Assembly: GCA_017936585.1 (NCBI GenBank)
Contig: JAGBFI010000016.1
Location: forward strand, 31,577-95,576
Direction of reading: 5' to 3'
DNA: 64,000 nucleotides
From: Clostridia bacterium
Lineage (GTDB): Bacteria > Bacillota > Clostridia > Christensenellales > UBA1242
The number at the start of each line of letters is the position of its first letter. Positions within the stretch are counted from its first letter, which is position 1. Positions 8,433 to 17,812 of the stretch are shown here, in pieces. The translations under genes were made by a program, and so were the position numbers. The notes below the pieces were generated by a model. The model did no database searches, was not told the origin of the DNA, and saw only the letters and a list, made by a program, of their open reading frames with translations.

Positions 8433-9233
8433 ATGTTTCTTGGAGATAAAGGGAGACCTCAAAAATATCACCACATAAGATTGAACTATGACATCATCAT
8501 CGATGATGAAAAGTTTTCATTGCAAAAAATGACTCAAAACCTTGGGTTTTATTCAATTTCGTTTGATAAGAAAATCAAAAACACTCAAATCATATATTAT
8601 GACACAGATAAAAAGTTGCTTACTGGTGCCGGACTGATTTTGCGAAAGAAAATCACTGCGGAAAGAACATATTTTTCGCTTGTCAGAATCAGCAGTCTCA
8701 GCAACATCGAAAACAGAGAGAAAAAATCTTTTTTGGGAGAGTGTGAACCTCAAGACCAGCCAAGCGATTTTCCTGTGCAAATTGCGGATGAAATCAACAA
8801 GATTTTCAATAATTTGTTCACAATCAACATCGTGGACATTGTGAAGCATTGCACTCCTTACATTAAGGTGGACATTGCAGGAAATGCTTACAAAATCAGA
8901 AGCGGAACGGGTTATGAAGCGGAGATGTCGTTTGAAACGATGACTGTGCGCGATTTGCGAACAAAACGCAAAGCCAAAGTGAGAAATTTCTCGCTGGAAA
9001 TGGAAGAAGACCCAGATTATAAAAACGAGAGACAGCAAATTTTGGATGTCATTGACCGCCACTGCAAAGAATTGTTTTTGATCAACAGAAACCGATTTGA
9101 AATTGCTGAAACTGCAGTTAGAATGCCAGAAATCAAGGTGGATGAGGACGGAAAACAACAAAAAGAAAAGAAGAAAAGCAAGAAAGAACTTAAGGCGATG
9201 TTCGAAAATGCTTCTGAAGAAAAACAGTCATAA
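8433..9233 (+). CDS. hypothetical protein, possibly CYTH-like, with Lys/Glu-rich tail
   Basis: 266 aa. YYDTDKKLLTGAGLILRKK resembles the CYTH/CHAD-associated YFDTxD..L...G..LR.R block, but no N-terminal ExExK motif is seen. Confidence 0.35.
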   Translation: MFLGDKGRPQKYHHIRLNYDIIIDDEKFSLQKMTQNLGFYSISFDKKIKNTQIIYYDTDKKLLTGAGLILRKKITAERTYFSLVRISSLSNIENREKKSFLGECEPQDQPSDFPVQIADEINKIFNNLFTINIVDIVKHCTPYIKVDIAGNAYKIRSGTGYEAEMSFETMTVRDLRTKRKAKVRNFSLEMEEDPDYKNERQQILDVIDRHCKELFLINRNRFEIAETAVRMPEIKVDEDGKQQKEKKKSKKELKAMFENASEEKQS

Positions 9234-9317
9234 GGCTGTTTTTTTTGTTGTCAAAACTTGTTTTGAAAAAAATTTATCCGCTGTGCTGAGGAAGAATTCT
9301 GCTGCATAAAATATAGA

Positions 9318-10877
9318 GTGAAAAAAACGAAATTAGATTTTAAGACAAAGTTGTTTTATGGGTTTGGAAACCTTGGTTATGGCTCAATGGGGCAAACTGT
9401 CAGCAGTTTTATTATGTTTTTTGGGACAAGTGTGCTGGGGCTCCCTGGCTTTTTGGTTGGAACAATTATTGCTGTAACCTCTTTGTGGGACGGGCTGTCT
9501 GACCCAGTGATTGGCTATTTGTCCGACAGAACAAAAAGCAAGTTTTTTGGGCGAAGACTGGGGCATATGTTGTTTGCCAGTTTTGCGCTGGCTTTAAACA
9601 ACATTTTTTTGTGGCTATGTCCGCAATCCGGCAGCACTTTTGTGATGGCGCTATGGTTGATTGGATTTTTACTTTTGCAAGAGACATTCAACACTTTTTT
9701 TGCAACGCCATATTCGGCACTTTGTATTGATATTGCTCCAGATTACAACGACCAAACAAAGATGCAGGGGTTCAAAACGGTGTTTTATATCATGGGGTTG
9801 ATTTTGCCGAGCGTTTTGATGTATGTTTTCATGCCATCATCAAATTTTGGAGTGCAGGCACAATTTGACAGACAGGGCTACATCAACATTGCGTATGTGA
9901 ACTCCGCGCTTGCTCTTGTTTGCGGGCTGACGACTGTTTTTGGGACGCGAATACGTGTGCGTTCCATGCCAAATTACAGTGAGGCGATGGTGGAGGAACT
10001 TCAGGACAATGACGAAAAGTCGGCAGACGTTGTTGAGCTGAGAGAGGGCGAGGCAAAACTGAAGAAGCATAAACGTAAAAAACAGGGCGGACTTGCAAAA
10101 ATCATGGCGGGATATGTTGAAACCTTCAAGAAAAAAGATTTTCGGACAGTGATGCTCGGCTATTCCGTGTCTTTGATTGCCTCGGTTTTCATCACCTCAG
10201 TTGGGATGCATCTTTTCACTTTTTGTTATCACTTTTCAAGCATTCAAATTTCAACCCTTATGATTTGCCTTTTCGGCGGGGCAATTGTGTCGCAGCTTTT
10301 GTGGGTTAATATTGTCAAAAAGTATGACAAAAAGCAAACGCTGATTTTTGCACTTTGTGTGATGCTTTTTGGCATCGCAATGACAAGCATAACTTTTTTG
10401 TTCCGCCTGTACACCACCAGCAATGTAATTTTTTGGTATGTTTTGCCATGTCTTTTTATTTGCGGTGTAGGCTCGGGAGCACTCTATTCTCTGCCGCATT
10501 CGATGTATGCGGATGTGGTTACAATGGAGGCCTTCAAAACCGGCAAAAACAACGCGGGAAGATATACGGGGTATTACACTTTCACATACAACTTTTCCAA
10601 TTCGATCGCTCTTCTTTTCATTGGTCTGCTTCTAGATTTGGTGAAGTTTGATTCGTCACAGCCGGTGCAGGCGTTGTCGGTGCAAACGGGGCTTGGAAAA
10701 ATTGTCTTCTTTGGCAGCGCGATTGCCATCACTTGTGCCATCATCATTTTTTCGAAGTATTCCATCAAACGTGCTGATGTTTTGAAAATTCAAATTCAAG
10801 CGAATGAAAAGAAAGCGGGAGAAGCAAAAGGTGAAGCAACAGGCAGTGGGGCGGCAAAAGGTGAAGTAAAAACCTGA
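9318..10877 (+). CDS. MFS transporter, glycoside-pentoside-hexuronide (GPH/MelB-like) family
   Basis: 519 aa, about 12 TM. LFYGFGNLGYG...WDGLSDPVIGYLSDRTKSKFGRR is the GPH family signature. GTG start. Lys/Glu/Gly-rich tail. Confidence 0.8.
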   Translation: MKKTKLDFKTKLFYGFGNLGYGSMGQTVSSFIMFFGTSVLGLPGFLVGTIIAVTSLWDGLSDPVIGYLSDRTKSKFFGRRLGHMLFASFALALNNIFLWLCPQSGSTFVMALWLIGFLLLQETFNTFFATPYSALCIDIAPDYNDQTKMQGFKTVFYIMGLILPSVLMYVFMPSSNFGVQAQFDRQGYINIAYVNSALALVCGLTTVFGTRIRVRSMPNYSEAMVEELQDNDEKSADVVELREGEAKLKKHKRKKQGGLAKIMAGYVETFKKKDFRTVMLGYSVSLIASVFITSVGMHLFTFCYHFSSIQISTLMICLFGGAIVSQLLWVNIVKKYDKKQTLIFALCVMLFGIAMTSITFLFRLYTTSNVIFWYVLPCLFICGVGSGALYSLPHSMYADVVTMEAFKTGKNNAGRYTGYYTFTYNFSNSIALLFIGLLLDLVKFDSSQPVQALSVQTGLGKIVFFGSAIAITCAIIIFSKYSIKRADVLKIQIQANEKKAGEAKGEATGSGAAKGEVKT

Positions 10878-10936
10878 AATGCGTATGATTTGAGCATTTA
10901 TTGTATATTTTAAATAATTTTAAGCACAATAAAAGC

Positions 10937-11443
10937 ATGAAAAAGTTAAAAATTGGATTGCTAATTTTGTGTATATTTTCTTCGATTTGCCTTGCTGGCT
11001 GCGGTGATGTCGAGCTTGAAGCGGCAACTATCGTGCGGGATGATGCGCGTACGGGAGGAAGTCTGAGTTTTGTCTATGACAAAAATCAACGAATGATTTA
11101 TTTCGGCGGAACGGAAGAAGTTGTGCAATATTCCGGCGCGGACGAAAGCCGAGGAATGGAAGAAGGTTGCAGAGTGGGTCTTAGGGTGACTGCACCAAAT
11201 GAAAGTCTCGACCTTGAAACGGCAACCTTGGAAATGAACGGGATTCACTATTCTTCATCTCAGTTTTTGGAGAACATCAATGGACAACCGCAAAGATTTT
11301 TCTCAATTTATCCAATTGTGAACAAAGAAGACGAAGAGATTATGTTTAAGGTGAAGTGGTCTGACGGGACAAAAGAACAGGAATACAAAATTGTTGTGGT
11401 GAAAGGCACAAAGTTCATGAACAAGGATGGGGAGATAGAATAA
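10937..11443 (+). CDS. lipoprotein, hypothetical
   Basis: Start at ATG 10937 gives MKKLKIGLLILCIFSSICLAGCGD with lipobox LAGC. 168 aa. Confidence 0.65.
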   Translation: MKKLKIGLLILCIFSSICLAGCGDVELEAATIVRDDARTGGSLSFVYDKNQRMIYFGGTEEVVQYSGADESRGMEEGCRVGLRVTAPNESLDLETATLEMNGIHYSSSQFLENINGQPQRFFSIYPIVNKEDEEIMFKVKWSDGTKEQEYKIVVVKGTKFMNKDGEIE

Positions 11444-11470
11444 AAGAGTTAAGTTATATATAGCAAAACA

Positions 11471-11505
11471 AAAAAAAGACATCTCAAAACGAGATGTCTT
11501 TTTTG
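11471..11505. terminator. bidirectional rho-independent terminator
   Basis: A7, stem GACATCTC / GAGATGTC with loop AAAAC, then T6. It lies between convergent genes. Confidence 0.8.
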
Positions 11506-11568
11506 TCTATTTAATATTCTTCATCTTTAGTAATTATTTGAAATTCCACTGCCGAAATGTCAAATCAA

Positions 11569-11940
11569 TTATTTGATGAGAGCGCTCATTGCTGCGCCTG
11601 CTGTTGGAGGATCCATGAATGCATCAAGAATCATTGGCAAGAATCCGTTGAAGAACAAAATCAAAACGATTACAACAACAATTGAAACAACAATGTTGAT
11701 GAGTCTCTTTTTGTTTTCTTCACGAGCATCTGCAGAATCAGCTCTTGCCATCTTCACACCAACGTAGATTGCATAAATCCCACCTGCTGCGCCAATCAAT
11801 GCAAGCAACACCCACATAACGATTGACAAAGTGTCCATCAAGGTTCCAACCCAAGCCCACTCTGTTTGTGGACCCATGATTCCGCCTTCGCCTGTAAGGT
11901 CTGCCCAACCAAAACTTAACAAAGAAGTCAAAAATTTCAT
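11569..11940 (-). CDS. small two-helix membrane protein (123 aa), hypothetical
   Basis: GGAGG RBS. N-terminal leader-like segment, then two long hydrophobic helices separated by the charged loop KMARADSADAREENKKR. Confidence 0.55.
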   Translation of the reverse strand: MKFLTSLLSFGWADLTGEGGIMGPQTEWAWVGTLMDTLSIVMWVLLALIGAAGGIYAIYVGVKMARADSADAREENKKRLINIVVSIVVVIVLILFFNGFLPMILDAFMDPPTAGAAMSALIK

Positions 11941-12266
11941 AATTTAAACCTCCAATAATTCTAAATTATTGTTTTCAAAAAGAGATAAGAATATTCTCAT
12001 CAATTTGATTACATTTAAATCATATCATATAAAAAAAATAATTCCAAACGATTTGACAAAAAAATATAAAAAATTTTTAAAAATTTTATTAAATTATTTT
12101 TTCGCCCTGAATTAGGGACATGGAATTTTAATTTGAGAACATTTATTTTAATTATAAAAACATTTTTTTGATTATAATTGAGAAGTTTTTTTGGAAATGA
12201 AAAAAATATTTCCTTTCATATTTTTTTAAAAGAAAAACCTGATAAGCAGAAAAATTGAATAATTGT

Positions 12267-12295
12267 TTGCAAAATTTAGATGTAGGTGTTATAAT
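12267..12295 (+). promoter_or_regulatory. sigma-A type promoter
   Basis: TTGCAA (12267-12272), 17-nt spacer, TATAAT (12290-12295). 40 nt upstream of ATG 12336. Confidence 0.5.
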
Positions 12296-12335
12296 TTTCT
12301 TATCTTGAACAGATAAACAAAAAAGGGAGGAAAAA

Positions 12336-13142
12336 ATGAAAAAGGTTTTATCAGTTTTTGGATTAATTTTATTATCAGTTGCGTTAATGGCATCAGGAGC
12401 CTTTGTGACTTACACAATCATGAAAGGAAACAACGACAAAGGTGTTTATGTTGTTGACTATAATCTTGACAAGGATTATGCAAAGCAGATGCTTGATTTT
12501 GCAAAAGACAACTTATCAGCCAACAGAAATGATTGTTTAATCAATTTGTCTGTTTCAGCTGAATATGACAAAAAGGGTACTATGGCAGAGGGTAAAGAGT
12601 CAGGGCTTAAAGTGTTTAGACAAGAGGATGAAATTGTACTTTATGTTTATGGTGGACCAAATGACGATGCATATGAAATGATTACAACAGATTCATATTA
12701 TGCCGGAATAACTCAGGATGAGGTTTCATTTAAAAGTGACTTCCAAAGAGAAATTTTAGGGAGTGTGGTTTCAGAAATTGACGGTTTTCTTAGTTATCAA
12801 ACAAGTGGGACTGAAATTTCTTCAGTTGACCAGATTGTGAATGCAAAGTTAATGTCTAATGGAAACATTGTGATAATTGCAAATCAAAGAGCAGCTGCTT
12901 ATCAATATTCTTCTTATTGGATTGTGAAAACATATTACAGAGAATTTGAGATTACAGCCGATGGTGAATTCGTAAGCGTTAAGCTCATTGAAGGTGAAGA
13001 GAGCTATGAATCAGAAGAGAATGCAAACGCTGGGGTAGGAAGACAAAATCTTTCCTCTTCGGAAAAGTCTTTGAAATTTGAGTATAACTCAGAAATTTCA
13101 GGAAGAGCGATTGATTGCTATAATTTGGCAAAAGAAGCGTAA
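12336..13142 (+). CDS. membrane-anchored/secreted hypothetical protein (268 aa)
   Basis: GGGAGG RBS. N-terminal signal/anchor MKKVLSVFGLILLSVALMASGAFV. No recognisable domain. Confidence 0.55.
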   Translation: MKKVLSVFGLILLSVALMASGAFVTYTIMKGNNDKGVYVVDYNLDKDYAKQMLDFAKDNLSANRNDCLINLSVSAEYDKKGTMAEGKESGLKVFRQEDEIVLYVYGGPNDDAYEMITTDSYYAGITQDEVSFKSDFQREILGSVVSEIDGFLSYQTSGTEISSVDQIVNAKLMSNGNIVIIANQRAAAYQYSSYWIVKTYYREFEITADGEFVSVKLIEGEESYESEENANAGVGRQNLSSSEKSLKFEYNSEISGRAIDCYNLAKEA

Positions 13143-13148
13143 GCAAAT

Positions 13149-13177
13149 AAAAAAAAGAGTCTTGAACTCTTTTTTTT
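13149..13177 (+). terminator. rho-independent terminator
   Basis: Stem AGAGT / ACTCT with loop CTTGA, flanked by A8 and T7. Confidence 0.6.
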
Positions 13178-13361
13178 GTAACAATGTTTTTGTTGCTTTC
13201 TATGGGGATGATATATATTCTTTCACTTCAATCACGTAGACTTTTTGTTTGTGTAGTAAACGATATCATAGGTGATAAAAAAAGAACTTTCAAGTTCTTT
13301 TTTTTGTTAACAGTCCAAAAACATCATTAGAAAATATGAAGTGTTCGGATGTTGTTGATTT

Positions 13362-13436
13362 TGGTGACCCCGACGGGATTCGAACCCATGATACCGCCGT
13401 GAAAGGGCGGTGTCTTAACCGCTTGACCACGGGGCC
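13362..13436 (-). tRNA. tRNA-Glu (anticodon UUC), CCA encoded
   Basis: The reverse complement reads GGCCCCGTGGTCAAGCGGTTAAGACACCGCCCTTTCACGGCGGTATCATGGGTTCGAATCCCGTCGGGGTCACCA. It has a 7-bp acceptor stem, an anticodon stem-loop CCGCC-CTTTCAC-GGCGG and a TTCGAAT T-loop. Confidence 0.9.
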
Positions 13437-13569
13437 AAAATTGATACGATGTAAGTATATTATAAAAGAAAGGAGGTTGTCAAGCATTTTTTCAAAAAAA
13501 ATAATATTTTCGACCAAAAGATGGAAATTTCAAATTCTTTTATGCTACAATAAAACATAAGGAGAGAGT

Positions 13570-14895
13570 ATGAAAGACACTATTTTGATTGCCAATCCAA
13601 AAAGAAGAGGATTGAAACTTGGTGCAATTTGGCTTTGTATTTTGGCAGTAATTTTTGGTGTTGCGTTTGGTTCTGTGACGGCATCCGTGTTGCCATACGG
13701 CAGAGAATCGGTTTCTCCTGTTGATGGCGTTGTCACAAAGGTTGAGAAGCAAGATGCGGCATACATTCTCACTGTGGATGGGAAAGAGTATGCAACAGCG
13801 GGTCTTGTTTATGTTGAACTTGACGAGGAAGCGATGGCTTCACTTGAAGGGCGAAACGCAAAAATATTTCTCTATCCATTTGCCACCGCAGACCTTGTGA
13901 TTGCTGTTGAAAGTGATACATACACCTTTGATGTTGAAAAAGCATATGCAATGGTTGCAAGCAATAACTTGACAAGCCTGCTTTTTGTTGGTTTTTTCGT
14001 GCTTCTGCTTGTGTCACTTGCAATCTTATGCTTTGTTAAATTCAGAAAAACTCCAAAAGAGGTCGAAAAAGATATTATTGAACAACTTGCGGGGCCTCAA
14101 ACATTTGCGGCGACACCAATTGGCAAAAAGTTATCTTTTTGGGTAATTCTCACATTTTCCGTGCTGATGTTGCTTGCGATAGTTGTTATTATTTTTGGAT
14201 CAATTGACGATACATCGGGCACCTTCAATGTGCTGCTTTACTCTTGGAGTGGGCTTGCGGCAGCATTTTGTGTTGTTTGGATTTCACTGCTTCCAACAAT
14301 CAAAAAGAAACATCTTGCCTATTGGAGCAAGTTTTATGACTTTTCTGACAACATTTTCAAACTTGAAGAAAAAACAGCGACATATTTTGTCGATTATGCA
14401 AGTTCTTTATATTTCAAATTTGAAAAAGAAGCCCTCATTTTCAAGGAAGAATTTTTTGAAGAGGCGGTTGTTGAAAGCATTAAAATCCAGCATGGTAAGG
14501 AGGCCGCTAAAGAAGCTAGAGAGAATTTCCACCACAACAATGTTTCTGTGTTGGTTGAGGCTCTTGAAAAAGACGAATTTGGAGATCATTTCTCCAAAGA
14601 GTTGCGTTTTGATTATGAAAAATTGAATTTTTATGTGAAATTTGCTTCAGCGGGTGCAAGATTTATTGTTGTTTCCGACATGAATGAGGAGGATGCTCAA
14701 GGATTGAAGCAGAACATGGTGTTTGTCCTTGATGCCGACTTGTATTATTGGATTCAAAAATACAAAATTTATGTTGACGGATTGGATTATGTGATGGAGC
14801 ATAAGGATGAAATCTTGAAAAAATATTGGAAAGGAAAACAGAAAATTGTCGCTTTCAAAAATGAGGAAGAGATAATTTTGAACGAAAAGAAGTGA
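13570..14895 (+). CDS. polytopic membrane protein, hypothetical (441 aa)
   Basis: AAGGAGAG RBS. About 4 TM helices in the first 250 aa, then a soluble Lys/Glu/Phe-rich C-terminal half. No recognisable motif. Confidence 0.55.
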   Translation: MKDTILIANPKRRGLKLGAIWLCILAVIFGVAFGSVTASVLPYGRESVSPVDGVVTKVEKQDAAYILTVDGKEYATAGLVYVELDEEAMASLEGRNAKIFLYPFATADLVIAVESDTYTFDVEKAYAMVASNNLTSLLFVGFFVLLLVSLAILCFVKFRKTPKEVEKDIIEQLAGPQTFAATPIGKKLSFWVILTFSVLMLLAIVVIIFGSIDDTSGTFNVLLYSWSGLAAAFCVVWISLLPTIKKKHLAYWSKFYDFSDNIFKLEEKTATYFVDYASSLYFKFEKEALIFKEEFFEEAVVESIKIQHGKEAAKEARENFHHNNVSVLVEALEKDEFGDHFSKELRFDYEKLNFYVKFASAGARFIVVSDMNEEDAQGLKQNMVFVLDADLYYWIQKYKIYVDGLDYVMEHKDEILKKYWKGKQKIVAFKNEEEIILNEKK

Positions 14896-14968
14896 TTTTT
14901 GCTTCTTTTTTTTGTTTTTTTTCTTTAAATATTTTCATATGGTTGTCGAAATTTGATATAATCATGAC

Positions 14969-15775
14969 ATGAAGGAAAAGAAAAAGAGTTTAGTTGTGAG
15001 ATTTATGTTGTTTCATAAGAAGCTGAAGAAATCTGTTGACCACCTCATTTTCCCTGACGATTTGAAATGTATTTTCTGTGGAAATGACATCCCAAATTTT
15101 GATGACCAGCCTTTCTGTGAAGAGTGCGAGAAAACTTTGCCGTTCAATGTTGGAAACAGGTGCATCATTTGTGACCAGCCAATCAAGAACGAGGCTACTG
15201 TTTGTGATTTTTGTCAGCGTGAAAAGAAGAATTTTGAAAGGCTTTTCAGTCCTTTTCTGTATGGTGCAGAGGTCAAGAATGCGATTTTGAGCTATAAAGA
15301 GTCAAATCGCAGATATATGGCAAAGGCGTTTGCCAAAATTATTGTCGATTACATCCACAAAGAGAAACCAGATTTGAAATTAAACTTTTTAAGTTACATT
15401 CCGCTGACATCGAAGAAAGAAAAACAAAGAGGCTTCAATCAGTCAAAGTTGTTGGCGGAAGAAATTGGAAAACTGCTTGACGTGCCTGTGATTTGTCTGT
15501 TTGAGAAAATTAAGGATGTGGGCAATCAGAAAGAATTGAAATTTAAACAAAGAAGAGAAAATGTTTTGGGCGCTTATAGGTTGAAGGATGTCAAGCTGAA
15601 GAAAACGGACAGAATTATGATTGTTGACGACGTTGTCACAACATGCGCAACGGTTGGCTATTGCAGCGGTCTTGTTTATCCAAAAGTGGAGAAAGTTTAT
15701 GTTTGTTCGCTTGCAAGAGAGACTGTTGAAAATGCGAAAAATCAGAAAAAAAGTGTTGAAGTTACGTATCTTTAA
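14969..15775 (+). CDS. comFC: ComF family protein (ComFC-like phosphoribosyltransferase fold)
   Basis: N-terminal double zinc ribbon (CIFCGN..CEEC...CIICDQ..CDFC) and PRTase loop IMIVDDVVTTCATV. Confidence 0.8.
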   Translation: MKEKKKSLVVRFMLFHKKLKKSVDHLIFPDDLKCIFCGNDIPNFDDQPFCEECEKTLPFNVGNRCIICDQPIKNEATVCDFCQREKKNFERLFSPFLYGAEVKNAILSYKESNRRYMAKAFAKIIVDYIHKEKPDLKLNFLSYIPLTSKKEKQRGFNQSKLLAEEIGKLLDVPVICLFEKIKDVGNQKELKFKQRRENVLGAYRLKDVKLKKTDRIMIVDDVVTTCATVGYCSGLVYPKVEKVYVCSLARETVENAKNQKKSVEVTYL

Positions 15776-15863
15776 GAAAAAAACTTTTTTAAACAAAAAG
15801 CAAAAGTTTAAAACAAAAAATTAAAAAGTGAACGTAAAAAAACTAAAAATAAATTTTTTAAAT

Positions 15864-15896
15864 AAAAAAACCCCATCATTCAGGTGGGGTGTTTTC
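15864..15896. terminator. bidirectional terminator (comFC / cysS)
   Basis: A7, stem CCCCA / TGGGG, then a T-rich run. It lies between convergent genes. Confidence 0.6.
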
Positions 15897-15904
15897 TTTA
15901 TCGA

Positions 15905-17263
15905 TTATTTTTTCAAAATATCATAGCCGTCTTTTGAGTCTTTGATTTCAAATCCGAGTGCAGAAATTTCGTTTCGAAGAGCGTCAGCTGCTGCATAATC
16001 ACGATTTTTCTTTGCTTGCCAGCGAGCTTCTGCTTTTTCTTTTACTTCAGCAGGAATATCGTCACTTTCCTCAAGGTTCAAGCCTAAAACTTCATTGAAT
16101 TCCAAGAAAGTTTCATACACATTCATGCTTCGTTCTTCTTTCAACATTTTCAGTACAGTTGCAATGGCTTTTGGCATGTTCAAGTCGTCGTTGATTGCTT
16201 CCAAAAATTCCGCTTCATAATCTGAAGTGTCAATTTGATTTGTGCCGTTTTTATGTTCTTTCACAAGAATTTTGATGCTCTTGAGGGTGTTTTTTGCCAT
16301 GTCAAGTGCATCAAATGTGAAGTTCTGTTGTTTTGAATAGTGTGCCATAAAATAGAAATATCTGAAAGTTTCCGCTTCATATCCGCGGTCTGCAAGGTCT
16401 TTCAAAGTGTAAAGGTTGCCAAGGCTTTTGCTCATTTTGCCGCCGTCAATTTGCAAAAATTCCAAATGCATCCACATCTTGACAACTTGGTGACCATAAT
16501 AGCAGTTGCTTTGAGCAATTTCGTTTTCGTGGTGAACTGGCTTGTGGTCAACTCCGCCGGTGTGGATGTCGATTGTTTCGCCAAGGAATTTGTCTCCAAT
16601 CACTGAGCATTCAATGTGCCAGCCTGGATATCCCATTCCCCATGGGCTTTCCCATTGCATGATGTGTTCTTTCGGAGCTTTCACCCAAAGCACAAAGTCA
16701 TATGGGCTGTGTTTTTCTTCGTCCACATCAATGCGGGCTCCAGCCAGTTTTTCGTTGATGTCCATGCCGGAAAGTGCACCATATTCTTTGAATTTTGCGA
16801 TGTCAAAATAAATTCCTTTGCTTGTTTCATAGGCATAGCCCTTTTCAAGTAATCCTTTCACAAACTCAACCATTTCTTCAATCACGCTTGTGGCAGGCAC
16901 GATATGCTCTGGCAGGTCGATGTTGAGAGCTTTTGCATCCTTCATGAAAACTTCAGTATAGAATTTTGCGATTTCCCAAGGGGATTTTTTCTCTCTTTGG
17001 CTTGCAACAAGCATTTTGTCTTCGCCTTCGTCAGCGTCACTTGTCAAGTGCCCAACGTCAGTGATGTTCATCACACCATCAAGGGTGAAACCATTGTATT
17101 TCAAAACGCGGCGGATGTTGTCCATGAAAAGATAGGCGCGGAAATTGCCGATGTGAGGATAATAATAAACAGTTGGTCCGCAAGAATACATCTTGATCAC
17201 TTTGTTTTCATGATATGGGACATCTTCTTTGCGTCTTGTCAAAGAATTATAAAATTTAATCAT
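15905..17263 (-). CDS. cysS: cysteine--tRNA ligase
   Basis: HIGN (YYPHIGNFRAY) and KMSKS class I signatures, with a WHIECS zinc site. ATG 17263 is preferred (GGAGA RBS 5 nt upstream) over the TTG 17275 track start. Confidence 0.95.
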   Translation of the reverse strand: MIKFYNSLTRRKEDVPYHENKVIKMYSCGPTVYYYPHIGNFRAYLFMDNIRRVLKYNGFTLDGVMNITDVGHLTSDADEGEDKMLVASQREKKSPWEIAKFYTEVFMKDAKALNIDLPEHIVPATSVIEEMVEFVKGLLEKGYAYETSKGIYFDIAKFKEYGALSGMDINEKLAGARIDVDEEKHSPYDFVLWVKAPKEHIMQWESPWGMGYPGWHIECSVIGDKFLGETIDIHTGGVDHKPVHHENEIAQSNCYYGHQVVKMWMHLEFLQIDGGKMSKSLGNLYTLKDLADRGYEAETFRYFYFMAHYSKQQNFTFDALDMAKNTLKSIKILVKEHKNGTNQIDTSDYEAEFLEAINDDLNMPKAIATVLKMLKEERSMNVYETFLEFNEVLGLNLEESDDIPAEVKEKAEARWQAKKNRDYAAADALRNEISALGFEIKDSKDGYDILKK

Positions 17264-17347
17264 ATATATCTCCAATTTTATTTATGTTCAAAAATTTTTG
17301 TTTGTTTTAAGAATTTAAAACTTTTTAAAGTTGTTATCAAGACTTTT

Positions 17348-17731
17348 TTATATTTTTTTGTTCAAATAAGAAGAAATTGTGCCAAGAGCCTTCTCAACTT
17401 CACTGCTTCCATCTGCAAAAAAAGAATCAAGACAGCTCATGAAAGAAGCAAGTTCTTCTTTTCCTTTTTCGGTGAGTGTCATGAGGCGACATCGTTTGTC
17501 AATTTCGCCTTGCTTTGAAACAACAAAACCCTCATTTTCAAGTTCTTTTGTCATAAGCGCAAAGTTGGATTTTTTCAGCCCAAGTTTTTCAATAATCATG
17601 CTGACAGACAAGTTTTCATATTGAGAGATGAAATATAACACCTTAATTTTCAGCAAATTGTTTTTTGCAAAATGTTTTGTAAGGTTTTCTGTCAATGCTT
17701 CTATCTCTAAAATCTTGTCTACATTTTTCAT
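17348..17731 (-). CDS. MarR family transcriptional regulator
   Basis: 127 aa. The winged helix (LSVSMIIEKLGLKKSNFALMTKELENEGFV..KQGEIDKRCRLMTLTEKG) is typical of MarR. Confidence 0.8.
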   Translation of the reverse strand: MKNVDKILEIEALTENLTKHFAKNNLLKIKVLYFISQYENLSVSMIIEKLGLKKSNFALMTKELENEGFVVSKQGEIDKRCRLMTLTEKGKEELASFMSCLDSFFADGSSEVEKALGTISSYLNKKI

Positions 17732-17812
17732 ACAGTCTAATTATATAAAATGAAAAAAGATTTTGCAACTATTTTGCTTGCTTTTCAAACAAAAAGTTAT
17801 TAAAATAGAATC

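Noticed and set aside
13143-13569. tRNA-Glu as a possible integration site or island boundary
   Set aside because: No integrase, no direct repeat of the tRNA 3' end and no mobile-element genes were seen nearby. The flanking genes are ordinary hypotheticals, each with its own terminator.
17264-17347. T-box or other leader upstream of cysS
   Set aside because: Only about 84 nt separate cysS from the marR gene. That is too short for a T-box, and no specifier or antiterminator structure is visible.
16904-17518. 204-aa plus-strand ORF antisense to cysS/marR, with similar shadow ORFs at 8553-9161 and 34828-35460
   Set aside because: All lie fully opposite well-supported genes (cysS, the 8433 gene, mfd) and span gene boundaries. 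They are treated as non-coding shadows.
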